DNA of 63,641 nt from Verrucomicrobiota bacterium (GTDB lineage: Bacteria > Verrucomicrobiota > Verrucomicrobiia > Verrucomicrobiales > DEV007): NCBI GenBank assembly GCA_045046875.1, contig JASFYY010000083.1, forward strand, positions 1 to 63,641. Direction: 5' to 3'. Under the pieces are notes generated by a model, which made no database searches, had not been told where the DNA came from, and saw only the letters and a list, made by a program, of their open reading frames with translations. Of the stretch, positions 1-8,322 are shown in pieces (the first letter of the stretch is position 1; every line of letters starts with the position of its first letter). The position numbers and the translations under genes were made by a program.

Positions 1-158
1 TGAGGCATACGTTTGCGAGTATGCATTATGCGTTTCACCGGAACGAGTTGCTACTGCAAGCGCAGATGGGCCATACGAGTTCGGCGATGCTCTTTCAGCA
101 TTACCGGGCGATTAAAACGAAGCGGGAGGCAAAGAAGTTCTGGGGGCTGCGGCCGTAA
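1..158 (+). CDS. int: Tyrosine integrase, C-terminal fragment (5'-truncated by the window)
   Basis: Frame from base 3 reads RHTFASMHY...QMGHTSSAMLFQHYRAIK...FWGLRP*, matching the tyrosine recombinase box II (RHT, GH, catalytic Y). Confidence 0.92.
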   Translation, partial: RHTFASMHYAFHRNELLLQAQMGHTSSAMLFQHYRAIKTKREAKKFWGLRP

Positions 159-173
159 ATTGAATGGTTCGTT

Positions 174-986
174 TTATTGAGCTGCACTTATACGAAGTAT
201 TCTTGCTGTTTTGTTGTTTGCAAAAATTTGAAATTTTACTCCGGAGATAACTGTGCTGCCAGTTTTGTTGATGTTTTCTTCTACCCATCGGCGTGCTGTT
301 TCTGGTTTGGCGTTGTCATAAGTGACGCTGGCTAAGTATCCTAAAAATTGGGCTGCAGCGGTATTAAAAGCTTGGTCGCCAAGTCCGGTGATCGATCCGG
401 TTACTGCGGTTATTTCCATTGGATCTGTTCCATAGATTCCTACGGAATGATTCAGATTCCCTTTATCTGATGTTACTTTCCATTCATTTTGAGTGGTGCT
501 GAAGTGTTTTTTTAATATAAATCCTTTGCTGGTAAAGTTGCCATAAACGTCAACTGCTACTAGGCCTGGTATTATAGGAGATTCGATTTCTTCTGAAGCC
601 GTTATTTTCTTACCTGCTCGCTCTGCAGTTTTTCTCTTTGCAATAGCGATTTTGGACGTTTCTTTGAACTTCCTTTGTGACTCGGCTTTTTTTGCAATAG
701 TGGCTTTGGCAGTTTCTCTGAGCATCCTTTGTTCGTATGCTTTATTTGCGGCTTCGGGATTGAAGTCGAGAGTCTTTCGTAACGTTTTTGGCAAATCGGT
801 AAAATTGATTCTCGCTACTCCGCCGCTGTGATAAACCGTAATGAATTCGTGGCTAACTTTTTTCACTTTGGCGTCTTTGTATGTTTTGCCGCTGATTGTT
901 GTGAAGGTGATTTTCTCTATAATTTGCGCTTGAGCGGCAATTGCAAAGGTGAAGGTAATTATGGTGGTGAGTAATTGTATTTTCAT
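174..986 (-). CDS. Secreted/periplasmic hypothetical protein (lysogenic moron, possible superinfection exclusion)
   Basis: Signal peptide MKIQLLTTIITFTFAIAAQA; AT-rich; lies downstream of the repressor candidate and converges on int. Confidence 0.65.
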   Translation of the reverse strand: MKIQLLTTIITFTFAIAAQAQIIEKITFTTISGKTYKDAKVKKVSHEFITVYHSGGVARINFTDLPKTLRKTLDFNPEAANKAYEQRMLRETAKATIAKKAESQRKFKETSKIAIAKRKTAERAGKKITASEEIESPIIPGLVAVDVYGNFTSKGFILKKHFSTTQNEWKVTSDKGNLNHSVGIYGTDPMEITAVTGSITGLGDQAFNTAAAQFLGYLASVTYDNAKPETARRWVEENINKTGSTVISGVKFQIFANNKTARILRISAAQ

Positions 987-1029
987 AACTCGTAATCAAA
1001 GGCGATGACGTTGGGGGGTGGTGGGGGGA

Positions 1030-1359
1030 TTAGGCGGAGCGTCGGGTGTTGGATTTGGGTTTTTTACGTTTTGTTTGCGCGGCTTGAAGGACTTTGCCGA
1101 GCTTTTCGGCACTGGCTTGGGCTTTGTCCACTGCTTCTTTTACTCCGGCGAGGCTGCCTGATAGCTCGAAGCGTTGCACTTCGTTGATGGTGATCTCGTT
1201 TTCTGCTGCGTTGGCCATAATGGCGTTGCAGTAACGATTCACGGTCATTCCCATCCCGTTGTTGGATTGGTCGGCGAGAGCGCGCAGTTTTTTCCCTAAG
1301 CTCAGGGGAACTCTAACTCCTATTAAGTCTGTATCTTCAGCTGGTTTTGGCTTTGCCAT
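1030..1359 (-). CDS. Ribbon-helix-helix-like repressor candidate
   Basis: ATG at 1359; LIGVRVPLSLGKKLRALAD...MTVNRYCNAIM fits the RHH strand-helix-helix pattern; occupies the cI position. Confidence 0.6.
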   Translation of the reverse strand: MAKPKPAEDTDLIGVRVPLSLGKKLRALADQSNNGMGMTVNRYCNAIMANAAENEITINEVQRFELSGSLAGVKEAVDKAQASAEKLGKVLQAAQTKRKKPKSNTRRSA

Positions 1360-1512
1360 GTAAAAAAATACCAACAATCTCAGAAAAAACAGAAAAAAAA
1401 CTTGAAGAAAACTAGAATGTAATATAAACGTAACTTCAACTTAACAAATCTTGATATTTCATTAAGAGAATCGGGATAATCATTAAACCTTAAATTATAA
1501 CGCGATTACGCC
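1360..1512. promoter_or_regulatory. AT-rich divergent promoter/operator region (lysis-lysogeny switch)
   Basis: Very AT-rich gap between two divergent small DNA-binding genes; individual boxes not resolved. Confidence 0.6.
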
Positions 1513-1728
1513 ATGCAAGTATTACTTCCAGACTTCCCAGATGAATTAAGCGCAGATTTAAAGCGCATAGCTGCAAGCCTCCGGCCAAAATCACGGCGCA
1601 ACGAGTTAATGGTGGTTATCCTCGAAAACTTCATTCGAGATGAGCGGGCGGCGGAATCACCACGCGAGTTCGTCGAACAGGCGATCAATCGCTCCTGTGA
1701 GCCTACGCTCGCGCCAGTCGGTTCGTAG
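1513..1728 (+). CDS. Small RHH-like regulator in the Cro position
   Basis: MQVLLPDFPDELSADLKRIAA...SRRNELMVVILENFI resembles Arc/CopG-type RHH proteins. Confidence 0.55.
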   Translation: MQVLLPDFPDELSADLKRIAASLRPKSRRNELMVVILENFIRDERAAESPREFVEQAINRSCEPTLAPVGS

Positions 1729-1756
1729 CTCCCCTACCCCTCTAAAAAATAATATT

Positions 1757-2623
1757 ATGAATTCTATACAATTATTCAGTCACGAACTTTTCGGTGATAT
1801 CCGAATTGTGGACCAGGAGGGGCAACCGTGGTTCGTCGCTAAGGATATTTCGGATGCGCTTGGGTATGAAAACTCCAGGGACGCAATTATTAGATATTGC
1901 AAAGGTGTCGAGAAACTCGACACCTTAAAAAAAGGTGGACATGCGCAGTCCATCATCCCTGAATCCGATCTCTTTCGCCTGATCATGCGTTCCAAGCTCC
2001 CCGCGGCCGAACAGTTCCAAGATTGGGTGGTGGAAGAGATCTTGCCATCCATCCGTAAAACGGGCTCTTATGGCAAAACTGCCGGTCCATCGATTGCTGC
2101 GGTAGCTCTGGCTAAAGCAGTTGGACTGGCAAATTCTGCGGCGGAGCTGCTAAAGCTGGCTGATATGTCTGCGGCTTCTGCGTTTTGGCCTACTGAGGCT
2201 AACGTCGCCTCGCCGCTTCCTGATGTAGGCCATATTCCTATTGCGGTGAAGCCTAAAAGAAAGAACTCGGTGGATGCTATGGAGGAAGCTCGCAGGACTG
2301 CAATATGCGATATGCTGGAACTGGTGGGCTTGAAGTGGCTGACTGCTGATGAGTTGCTCGATCGGTTTGAGGAGTTGGGTGTGCTTTGTGATTTGCCGGG
2401 ATCGATTGCTAGCACAAGGGCGGGGCGGAGATCGTGTTTAGGGAAGCTGCTCCACCGGTATGAGGGTATGGAATGGAGGGCTGCTGGTGGCGAGGTGTTG
2501 CGCTTGGGGCGTGGCCGTGAAAGAGGGCGGGTGGTATGGCGGGTGAAATGGGGTGTAAGTCGTCCACTTAATATGGAGGTGAAATGGGGTGTGAGTCGTC
2601 CACTTAATATGGAGGTGGTGTGA
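1757..2623 (+). CDS. BRO-N domain antirepressor with a C-terminal winged-helix-like domain
   Basis: Likely start MNSIQLF; IRIVDQEGQPWFVAKDISDALGY...IIPESDLFRLIMRSKLPAAEQFQDWVVEEILPSIRKTGSY is a classic BRO-N. Confidence 0.9.
   Translation: MNSIQLFSHELFGDIRIVDQEGQPWFVAKDISDALGYENSRDAIIRYCKGVEKLDTLKKGGHAQSIIPESDLFRLIMRSKLPAAEQFQDWVVEEILPSIRKTGSYGKTAGPSIAAVALAKAVGLANSAAELLKLADMSAASAFWPTEANVASPLPDVGHIPIAVKPKRKNSVDAMEEARRTAICDMLELVGLKWLTADELLDRFEELGVLCDLPGSIASTRAGRRSCLGKLLHRYEGMEWRAAGGEVLRLGRGRERGRVVWRVKWGVSRPLNMEVKWGVSRPLNMEVV
2542..2613 (+). repeat. 36-bp tandem duplication (VKWGVSRPLNME x2) at the 3' end of the BRO gene
   Basis: ggtgaaatggggtgtRagtcgtccacttaatatgga occurs twice with one mismatch. 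Confidence 0.95.
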
Positions 2624-2877
2624 TGAAAACTGTGCCTGCTCACAATATACCCAAGGCTGATGTGGCACGGCTGCTGACGTATATGGATCTCGGGGTGCGC
2701 TGGGGCGAGGCTGAGGATCGACCTTTGTCACCTCGGCAGGTGCGGCGGGTGTGTATAAAAATCGGGCTAAAGCCCCTGGATCTGGGTCATCGCACGAAGC
2801 GCTTCCGCCCGGCTGATGTGCATCGTGCTGAAGAGCGGGCGGCGGGGGTGTCGCGGCGGGCGAGTTTTGTTCTCTGA
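2620..2877 (+). CDS. Excisionase-like HTH protein
   Basis: LLTYMDLGVRWG...LSPRQVRR...GHRTKRFRPADV resembles Xis/MerR-type winged HTH. Confidence 0.6.
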   Translation: MMKTVPAHNIPKADVARLLTYMDLGVRWGEAEDRPLSPRQVRRVCIKIGLKPLDLGHRTKRFRPADVHRAEERAAGVSRRASFVL

Positions 2878-2895
2878 ATCTAACTAAATCGAAAT

Positions 2896-3180
2896 ATGAA
2901 TTATAAAATTGATGTGAAATTGAAAGATGGCGGGCGCTGCCAATTGGTAGTGCGCGATGCGTGCTCTGAGGTATCAGCTTGTGTGCGTGTGCGTGGATTG
3001 ATGCTGGATTCTAAGTTGATCGCGGGGGTGGCTGATGATGAATTTGAAATCAAGCGTGTGGTGGTGCTGAGGGCGGAGTCTGCGGCTGAGCATCTGGTAG
3101 AAATGGCGGTGGTGGTGCTGTTTGCCGTGGGCATTCCGCTGGTGGGTTTTTATGAACTTCTAATGGTGCTGGGATCATGA
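2896..3180 (+). CDS. Phage hypothetical protein with C-terminal TM segment
   Basis: ORF in the early operon; hydrophobic C-terminus. Confidence 0.55.
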   Translation: MNYKIDVKLKDGGRCQLVVRDACSEVSACVRVRGLMLDSKLIAGVADDEFEIKRVVVLRAESAAEHLVEMAVVVLFAVGIPLVGFYELLMVLGS

Positions 3181-3303
3181 AGAACTTCGATAAAATGGCT
3201 GATTTCTTGGTGGCTGCTCATGTTGCTCTGGTGGCTCTAGCTCTGCTGGCTGGGTGGCTACTTTACTGATTCTTTTATTTCTTAATTCATTCAATCCAAC
3301 TTT

Positions 3304-3516
3304 ATGAAAACAGCTCAACAAAATCTCTCTTTTCCTCGCCCGAAATACGACTATTTCAGGATTCGGGGAATGAATATTTACGCGCGAAATGAGGATGATG
3401 CTTTGCGCATCGCGCGAAACCAAACTTCTAATCTTCCGCGCTACCCTCTTGTAGTGAGAATTGGGCGAGATGGCTATTTCAAGGCATTGGCTCAAGTATT
3501 TCGGGGTTCTTACTAA
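3304..3516 (+). CDS. Phage hypothetical protein
   Basis: ORF in the early operon. Confidence 0.5.
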   Translation: MKTAQQNLSFPRPKYDYFRIRGMNIYARNEDDALRIARNQTSNLPRYPLVVRIGRDGYFKALAQVFRGSY

Positions 3517-3524
3517 AGGAAAAA

Positions 3525-4061
3525 ATGAAAGCTAAACGAAAATATACAAAGCGGAAGCCTAGTGAAGCTGTCGCGGTGGGTGTCTCTGATGTGACTTTCC
3601 CTGGGCTGGTGTTCGCGGGGCCTGCTTCGCGGGAGAATGCTCTGCATCTGCGGCGCTGTGTGGAAAAGCGGCTGGCGGGGCTTTTTGTGGTGATGGGGCC
3701 AAGGATGTCGGGTAAGTCGAGGCTGATACGTGGCTTGGCTGAGGATCATGGGCTGTGGTCTGCTGTGGCTGAGAGTATGCCTGGGGTGCGGCAACAGGTG
3801 GGATTGTTCTGGGAGCACGCGATGTTTGAACAGGGTGATACGGTGTTTTTTAATGATTTTTGTGGCTGGCTTTGTAAGGATTTGTCGTTCTGGGCTGAGC
3901 TGATGACTTGCTCGAAAAAGCGTGGTGCGGTGGTGTTCGATGGTACGGAGATTTCTCTGGGGGATGGCTTTCGGGAGGTGGCGCGGGTGATCGAGCTGCT
4001 GCCTCGTGATACGGGCTTGCTCGGAGTGGATAGGGTGATGAATAAGGGGGTCTGGGTATGA
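3525..4061 (+). CDS. Stand-alone degenerate P-loop domain similar to this phage's helicase ATPase domain
   Basis: GPRMSGKSRL, TVFFND and GTEISLGDGFREVARVIELLPR align by eye with motifs in the 8323-10146 product. Confidence 0.6.
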   Translation: MKAKRKYTKRKPSEAVAVGVSDVTFPGLVFAGPASRENALHLRRCVEKRLAGLFVVMGPRMSGKSRLIRGLAEDHGLWSAVAESMPGVRQQVGLFWEHAMFEQGDTVFFNDFCGWLCKDLSFWAELMTCSKKRGAVVFDGTEISLGDGFREVARVIELLPRDTGLLGVDRVMNKGVWV

Positions 4062-4296
4062 GTGTGGTGGTGGGTAAACTCCCTGATCGCTGTGAGGATT
4101 TTTTCTCTGAGGCTCCTTTTCCTGGGGTGGCTCCGCGATGTCTGATTTGTAAAAATCCGATGATCCATTGGCAGGGTCGGTGGCGGTGTGTGGTGGTGAT
4201 TCAGCCCCGAGCTGCTGTTTCTAAGTCTCGTTGTTAGTCGCTTTTCTCCCCTCCCCTTTTTTGATCTCAATTGTTAAGAAACCCTGATTTTAAGCT

Positions 4297-4641
4297 ATGT
4301 CTGAAAATGAAGCATCTAAAATGTTTACCTCTCTGTCGAGTCATGCTCTGCAAGGGGTATGTAAGCCTGGGGATTGGGATGGGATGGAAGATATTTTTAA
4401 GTTGCGCTGGCTCATTTCGGAGGGGTTGGCGGTGAATTTTGTTGAGGCGTCTGCTTTGCTTTTTAGTTGTGGGGAATGGGCTGATCCGGTGTGCTCGCTG
4501 GTTGTGTATGAGGGTGAGATGGCGGCGGAGCGGGCAAGTTCTCGTTTGCGGCCGAATACAAGGACTTTCAAGCGGCGGCGGCCAAGGGCTTTAGAAAATA
4601 CTGTGGCGCGGACGCCTGAATACTGGTGGCAGAAATACTAA
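4297..4641 (+). CDS. Phage hypothetical protein
   Basis: ORF in the early operon. Confidence 0.55.
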   Translation: MSENEASKMFTSLSSHALQGVCKPGDWDGMEDIFKLRWLISEGLAVNFVEASALLFSCGEWADPVCSLVVYEGEMAAERASSRLRPNTRTFKRRRPRALENTVARTPEYWWQKY

Positions 4642-4651
4642 TTTTGATCTT

Positions 4652-5362
4652 ATGAAAATCGTTGATTCTGAAATGGAAAATGAAGTTGGTGCTTCGGCAG
4701 GAACTTTTGATGATAGGTTCTCGCAATCGCGTGAGGCGGTGGAGCACGCGACGCCTGCCCGGCTAGCTGCGGTGCGTGAGGGCGAGCGGCTGAAGGCTGA
4801 GGTGTCTCGTCTGTCCACTCGACTGCAAATGCTGAGGGATCATGAGGTGGGTCAATTGGCGCTGGATGGTGCTGAGAAGGAGTTGCAGGCGGCGGTGGAG
4901 CGGTGGGCGGAATTTGTAGGTGAAGAGGATGAGTCTGCGGAGGTGGGTAATGAGCTTGAAGGGTATATTCCTTTATCAGATTTGCTGAAGCTCAATCTGG
5001 ATACGGGTAAAGAGCTCAATGAATATGACATGGGCGTTCGGGTGGAAACTTTCAATGCGTTGTTGAGATATGTCTGCCAGGATGGGCACGCGAATATCTG
5101 GTTGGCGTTCAAGAATTTTCTTGCGGTGACGCGGCGGGCTAAGCCTGAGTTTCTGAATGGGATTTCAAAGGCTGACTTGGCTGTGTTGCTGGGTGAAAAA
5201 CGGGCTTCTACTTGTGATCGTGAGATCCGGGTGGTTGAGAAGCTGCTCAAAATGTGGGGGGTAAAGGGGTATCAGCTTTTGGGTGGGAATAAGACGGAGG
5301 AAACGCGCTTGCGTTGTGCTCGCTCTGCGATGGGGAACCGGAATCGCCGGGGTGGCAAATGA
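4652..5362 (+). CDS. Coiled-coil plus C-terminal HTH-like protein (candidate transcription regulator)
   Basis: GISKADLAVLLGEKRAST HTH-like segment. Confidence 0.5.
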   Translation: MKIVDSEMENEVGASAGTFDDRFSQSREAVEHATPARLAAVREGERLKAEVSRLSTRLQMLRDHEVGQLALDGAEKELQAAVERWAEFVGEEDESAEVGNELEGYIPLSDLLKLNLDTGKELNEYDMGVRVETFNALLRYVCQDGHANIWLAFKNFLAVTRRAKPEFLNGISKADLAVLLGEKRASTCDREIRVVEKLLKMWGVKGYQLLGGNKTEETRLRCARSAMGNRNRRGGK

Positions 5363-5403
5363 TTTTTGATGAGGCTTGAATTTAATAAATCAACTAACTG
5401 TAT

Positions 5404-7272
5404 ATGACTACTGAAAATAAAATAGCGCTGAATCCGTCACCGGGTATTCAAAAAATCGATTTGAATTTGCTGAGTTCTGATCCTGATAATATCCGCAAGG
5501 AATACAATTTAGATTCGCTTAATGAATTGGCGTTGTCGCTGAAGGAACAGGGGTTGATTCAAAACCTTGAGTCCGGGCCTGATGGTGTGGTGCATTTGGG
5601 AAACCGGCGATTAAGAGCGTTGAAGGAGATCGTGGTGCCTGAGTTGCGGCGTGAGATGAAGAACATTGTGACATTGGAGGGCGAGGCTGCTGATGATGAG
5701 GTGGTGGCTTTACGTGGGCGTTTGGATGCTCTATCCTGGCCTAATGTTCGGGTGTTGTCTGCTGATGAAATGAAGGAGGCTAAAATCAGGCAAGTGATCG
5801 AAAATTTACAGCGTGAGGATGTGACTGCATTCGATGAGGCTGAGGGCTATGCTGTGATGTTGGCTGTGCGTGATGATGATGGGCGGCCGGTGCATACTCC
5901 GGAATCTATCGCAAAGCGGATAGGGAAAGGGCAGTCCGGAGAATATGTGAGGCAACGGTTAAAAATCCGTATGGCTCCTGCTCCGATGCTGAAGGCGCTA
6001 GCGTCTGGCAATGTGGGGATGCGTCATTGTCTGGTGGTTGGCCGTATCCCGGATAAAAAGCTGCGGGCGGAAGCGGCTAAAAAGGTGCTGAAGCCACAAT
6101 ATTCTGATCGCGCTTTATCGATCAGGGAAACAATCGATCTGGTGCGTAAGGATTATATGGTGACGTTGCGTAAGCCTCCGTTTGATCCTGATGATGCGTC
6201 TTTGGTGCCTGGTGTAGGTGGCTGCTCGGCGTGCCCAGCGCGATCTGGTAATGATCCTGATTTGGCTGGCGATCTGCAAATGGTGGTAGTGACTCCGGGG
6301 GTGAAGGATGCTGCGGGTTCGTCTCCTGGGGTTTCTCCTGATATTTGCACAAATCCGGCGTGCTTCCGCAAGAAAAGTGATGCGGCTTGGAAGGTGGTGG
6401 AGGCGGCGGCGGTAGCTGAGGGCAAGTCGGTTTTGTCTGCTGATGCGGCGGAGGATGAATTCGGTGGGTTCAATAGTGGTTTGCGGCATAACTCTAAGTA
6501 TATCGATTTGTCGGATAAGCCTGCAGCTCATGTGCTCGGTCATTACGATGATAAGAAGGCTGAAAAATGGGGGGTGCTGCTAAAGGATGTTGATGTGCCT
6601 GTGATCTTGACTCGCCATCCGAAATCCGGCCGTATTCATGAGCTGGTAGAAATGGAGCAAGCTAAGCTGGCGTTGGAGCTGGAGGCTGCTGAGTCTGGAG
6701 AGGTTTCCATTTTCCGGAAAGATAGCGAGAATGACGAGACTGAGAGATTGTCCAGGGCGGCGGTGCGTGAGGAGTCGATGGTGAGGCGGCGGGTGGCTAT
6801 CGCGGTGTTCGATAAATTGTCGGATGCGATGTCTGCGGATGACGGTGCTCCTACGGGTGAAGGTGGATCTCTCCGGCGTGGGACTTTGCTACTCTTGCTG
6901 AAAATCACGTTGATGTCGTCTGCTGATGCGTGTGGCTTTTTCGCTAAGTGGTTGGAGCTGGAGAAGGCTGAGTTGCCAAAGGATTGCTATCGGGCGTGGT
7001 CTGATCTGGATTATGTGCCGGTATTCATGGATATGGTTCGAGCTAGGGATGTTGAGTATTCTTCGCGCGATTTGATGGTGTGGATCGCGTTAGCGGCGAT
7101 TGCTGGGGGTGTGAGTTATGATGGGGTGAAATGCGGAATGCTGATAAAGTTCTGTGAGGATTATGACGTGGATATGGAGGGGATAGAGGATGGGGTGATG
7201 GATGAGATTGCTGCTGAGAAGGCTGCGGGGGCTAATGATGAGAAGGCTGCCAAGAATGGGGGTGATAAGTAA
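5404..7272 (+). CDS. ParB/RepB/Spo0J-family protein with a Cys-rich central domain
   Basis: NIRKEY...LNELALSLKEQGLIQ, GNRRLRA, ENLQREDVTAFDEAEGY, HTH, CSACP...CTNPACF. Confidence 0.88.
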   Translation: MTTENKIALNPSPGIQKIDLNLLSSDPDNIRKEYNLDSLNELALSLKEQGLIQNLESGPDGVVHLGNRRLRALKEIVVPELRREMKNIVTLEGEAADDEVVALRGRLDALSWPNVRVLSADEMKEAKIRQVIENLQREDVTAFDEAEGYAVMLAVRDDDGRPVHTPESIAKRIGKGQSGEYVRQRLKIRMAPAPMLKALASGNVGMRHCLVVGRIPDKKLRAEAAKKVLKPQYSDRALSIRETIDLVRKDYMVTLRKPPFDPDDASLVPGVGGCSACPARSGNDPDLAGDLQMVVVTPGVKDAAGSSPGVSPDICTNPACFRKKSDAAWKVVEAAAVAEGKSVLSADAAEDEFGGFNSGLRHNSKYIDLSDKPAAHVLGHYDDKKAEKWGVLLKDVDVPVILTRHPKSGRIHELVEMEQAKLALELEAAESGEVSIFRKDSENDETERLSRAAVREESMVRRRVAIAVFDKLSDAMSADDGAPTGEGGSLRRGTLLLLLKITLMSSADACGFFAKWLELEKAELPKDCYRAWSDLDYVPVFMDMVRARDVEYSSRDLMVWIALAAIAGGVSYDGVKCGMLIKFCEDYDVDMEGIEDGVMDEIAAEKAAGANDEKAAKNGGDK

Positions 7273-8321
7273 TGGATCTAGCGATCAGAGAGCGGGTAGC
7301 AAGTGAGGTGTTGGGGCAGCCTGTGACCGATGGATCGACGATGCCTTGCCGTTTTGCTGAGAGTCATTCGAAGGGTGGTGGTGCGCGTGATGTCCGGGTA
7401 TGTCTCACGGATGACGGGGGCAAGCTTCCTACGTTCTTTTGCTTTCATACCAGTTGCTCTGAGAACTGGCGGCCGCTGAATAAGGAGATGCGGAGCAAAA
7501 TTTGGTATGCTGAGCATGGCCGGAAGCCTCGTGGAGAGTCTGCTTGGAGTGGTGGTGACCGGGTGGCTTCTGAGCCGATGCCTCGCCCCCCTGCCCCGCG
7601 CAAGTTTTCTGAGGCTGCGCTAAAGGCTCTGTGGAGACCTGAGCTGGGTGCTACGCGGGAGTATTTCGCGAATAGAAGCGCTGTAGATGTTTCAAAATGT
7701 GATTCTGCGTCATTTTTGAAGGCTTTATATGATGCGGATGAAAAGGTTTTGGTGTTCACAAAGTTCGCTAGTCAGGGGCAGTATATATTTTGGCCTCGGC
7801 GTGGTGGCTTTCGTTTGAGTTCGCGGCCTGATGTAAAGGCGAAGAAGTCTCCCCTGCCCTCTCGTGGTGTGGATGGGATCTGGTTTCTTGCGCAGCCGGT
7901 CGATGGCAAGTGGCATCCAAACCCGCGCAATCCGCGAATTGACGGCACGCTGAAGCTCTCTCGGCGGTCGATGGAGTCGGTGACGGATTGGCGTTTTCTG
8001 GTATTGGAGAGTGATGATGCTGCTGAGGATTTGTGGCTATGTTTCTTGGCAACTTTGCCTTTGCCTATTTCGGCTATTTATACCTCTGGCGGGCGGTCGA
8101 TACACGCCTTGATAAAGGTGGATGCTCGCTCGAAAGCGGAGTGGGACTCGATCAAGCGGGCGATGGTGGGTGTGCTGACTCGCTTGGGCGCTGATCCTGG
8201 GGCGCTATCGGCGGTGCGCTTGACTCGTTTGCCAGGCACGTTGCGCGGGAGCCGGAAGCAGAAGCTTTTATTTTTGAACCCTGCGCCTGATCCGTCTGGC
8301 GTGGCTATCTGTGATTTTTAA
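7272..8321 (+). CDS. Archaeo-eukaryotic-type (RepB-like) primase with N-terminal Zn-binding domain
   Basis: C/H cluster (CRF..H, CFHTSC); LVLESDD, TSGGRSIHA, RLTRLPG motifs. Confidence 0.75.
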   Translation: MDLAIRERVASEVLGQPVTDGSTMPCRFAESHSKGGGARDVRVCLTDDGGKLPTFFCFHTSCSENWRPLNKEMRSKIWYAEHGRKPRGESAWSGGDRVASEPMPRPPAPRKFSEAALKALWRPELGATREYFANRSAVDVSKCDSASFLKALYDADEKVLVFTKFASQGQYIFWPRRGGFRLSSRPDVKAKKSPLPSRGVDGIWFLAQPVDGKWHPNPRNPRIDGTLKLSRRSMESVTDWRFLVLESDDAAEDLWLCFLATLPLPISAIYTSGGRSIHALIKVDARSKAEWDSIKRAMVGVLTRLGADPGALSAVRLTRLPGTLRGSRKQKLLFLNPAPDPSGVAICDF

Positions 8322-8322
8322 T

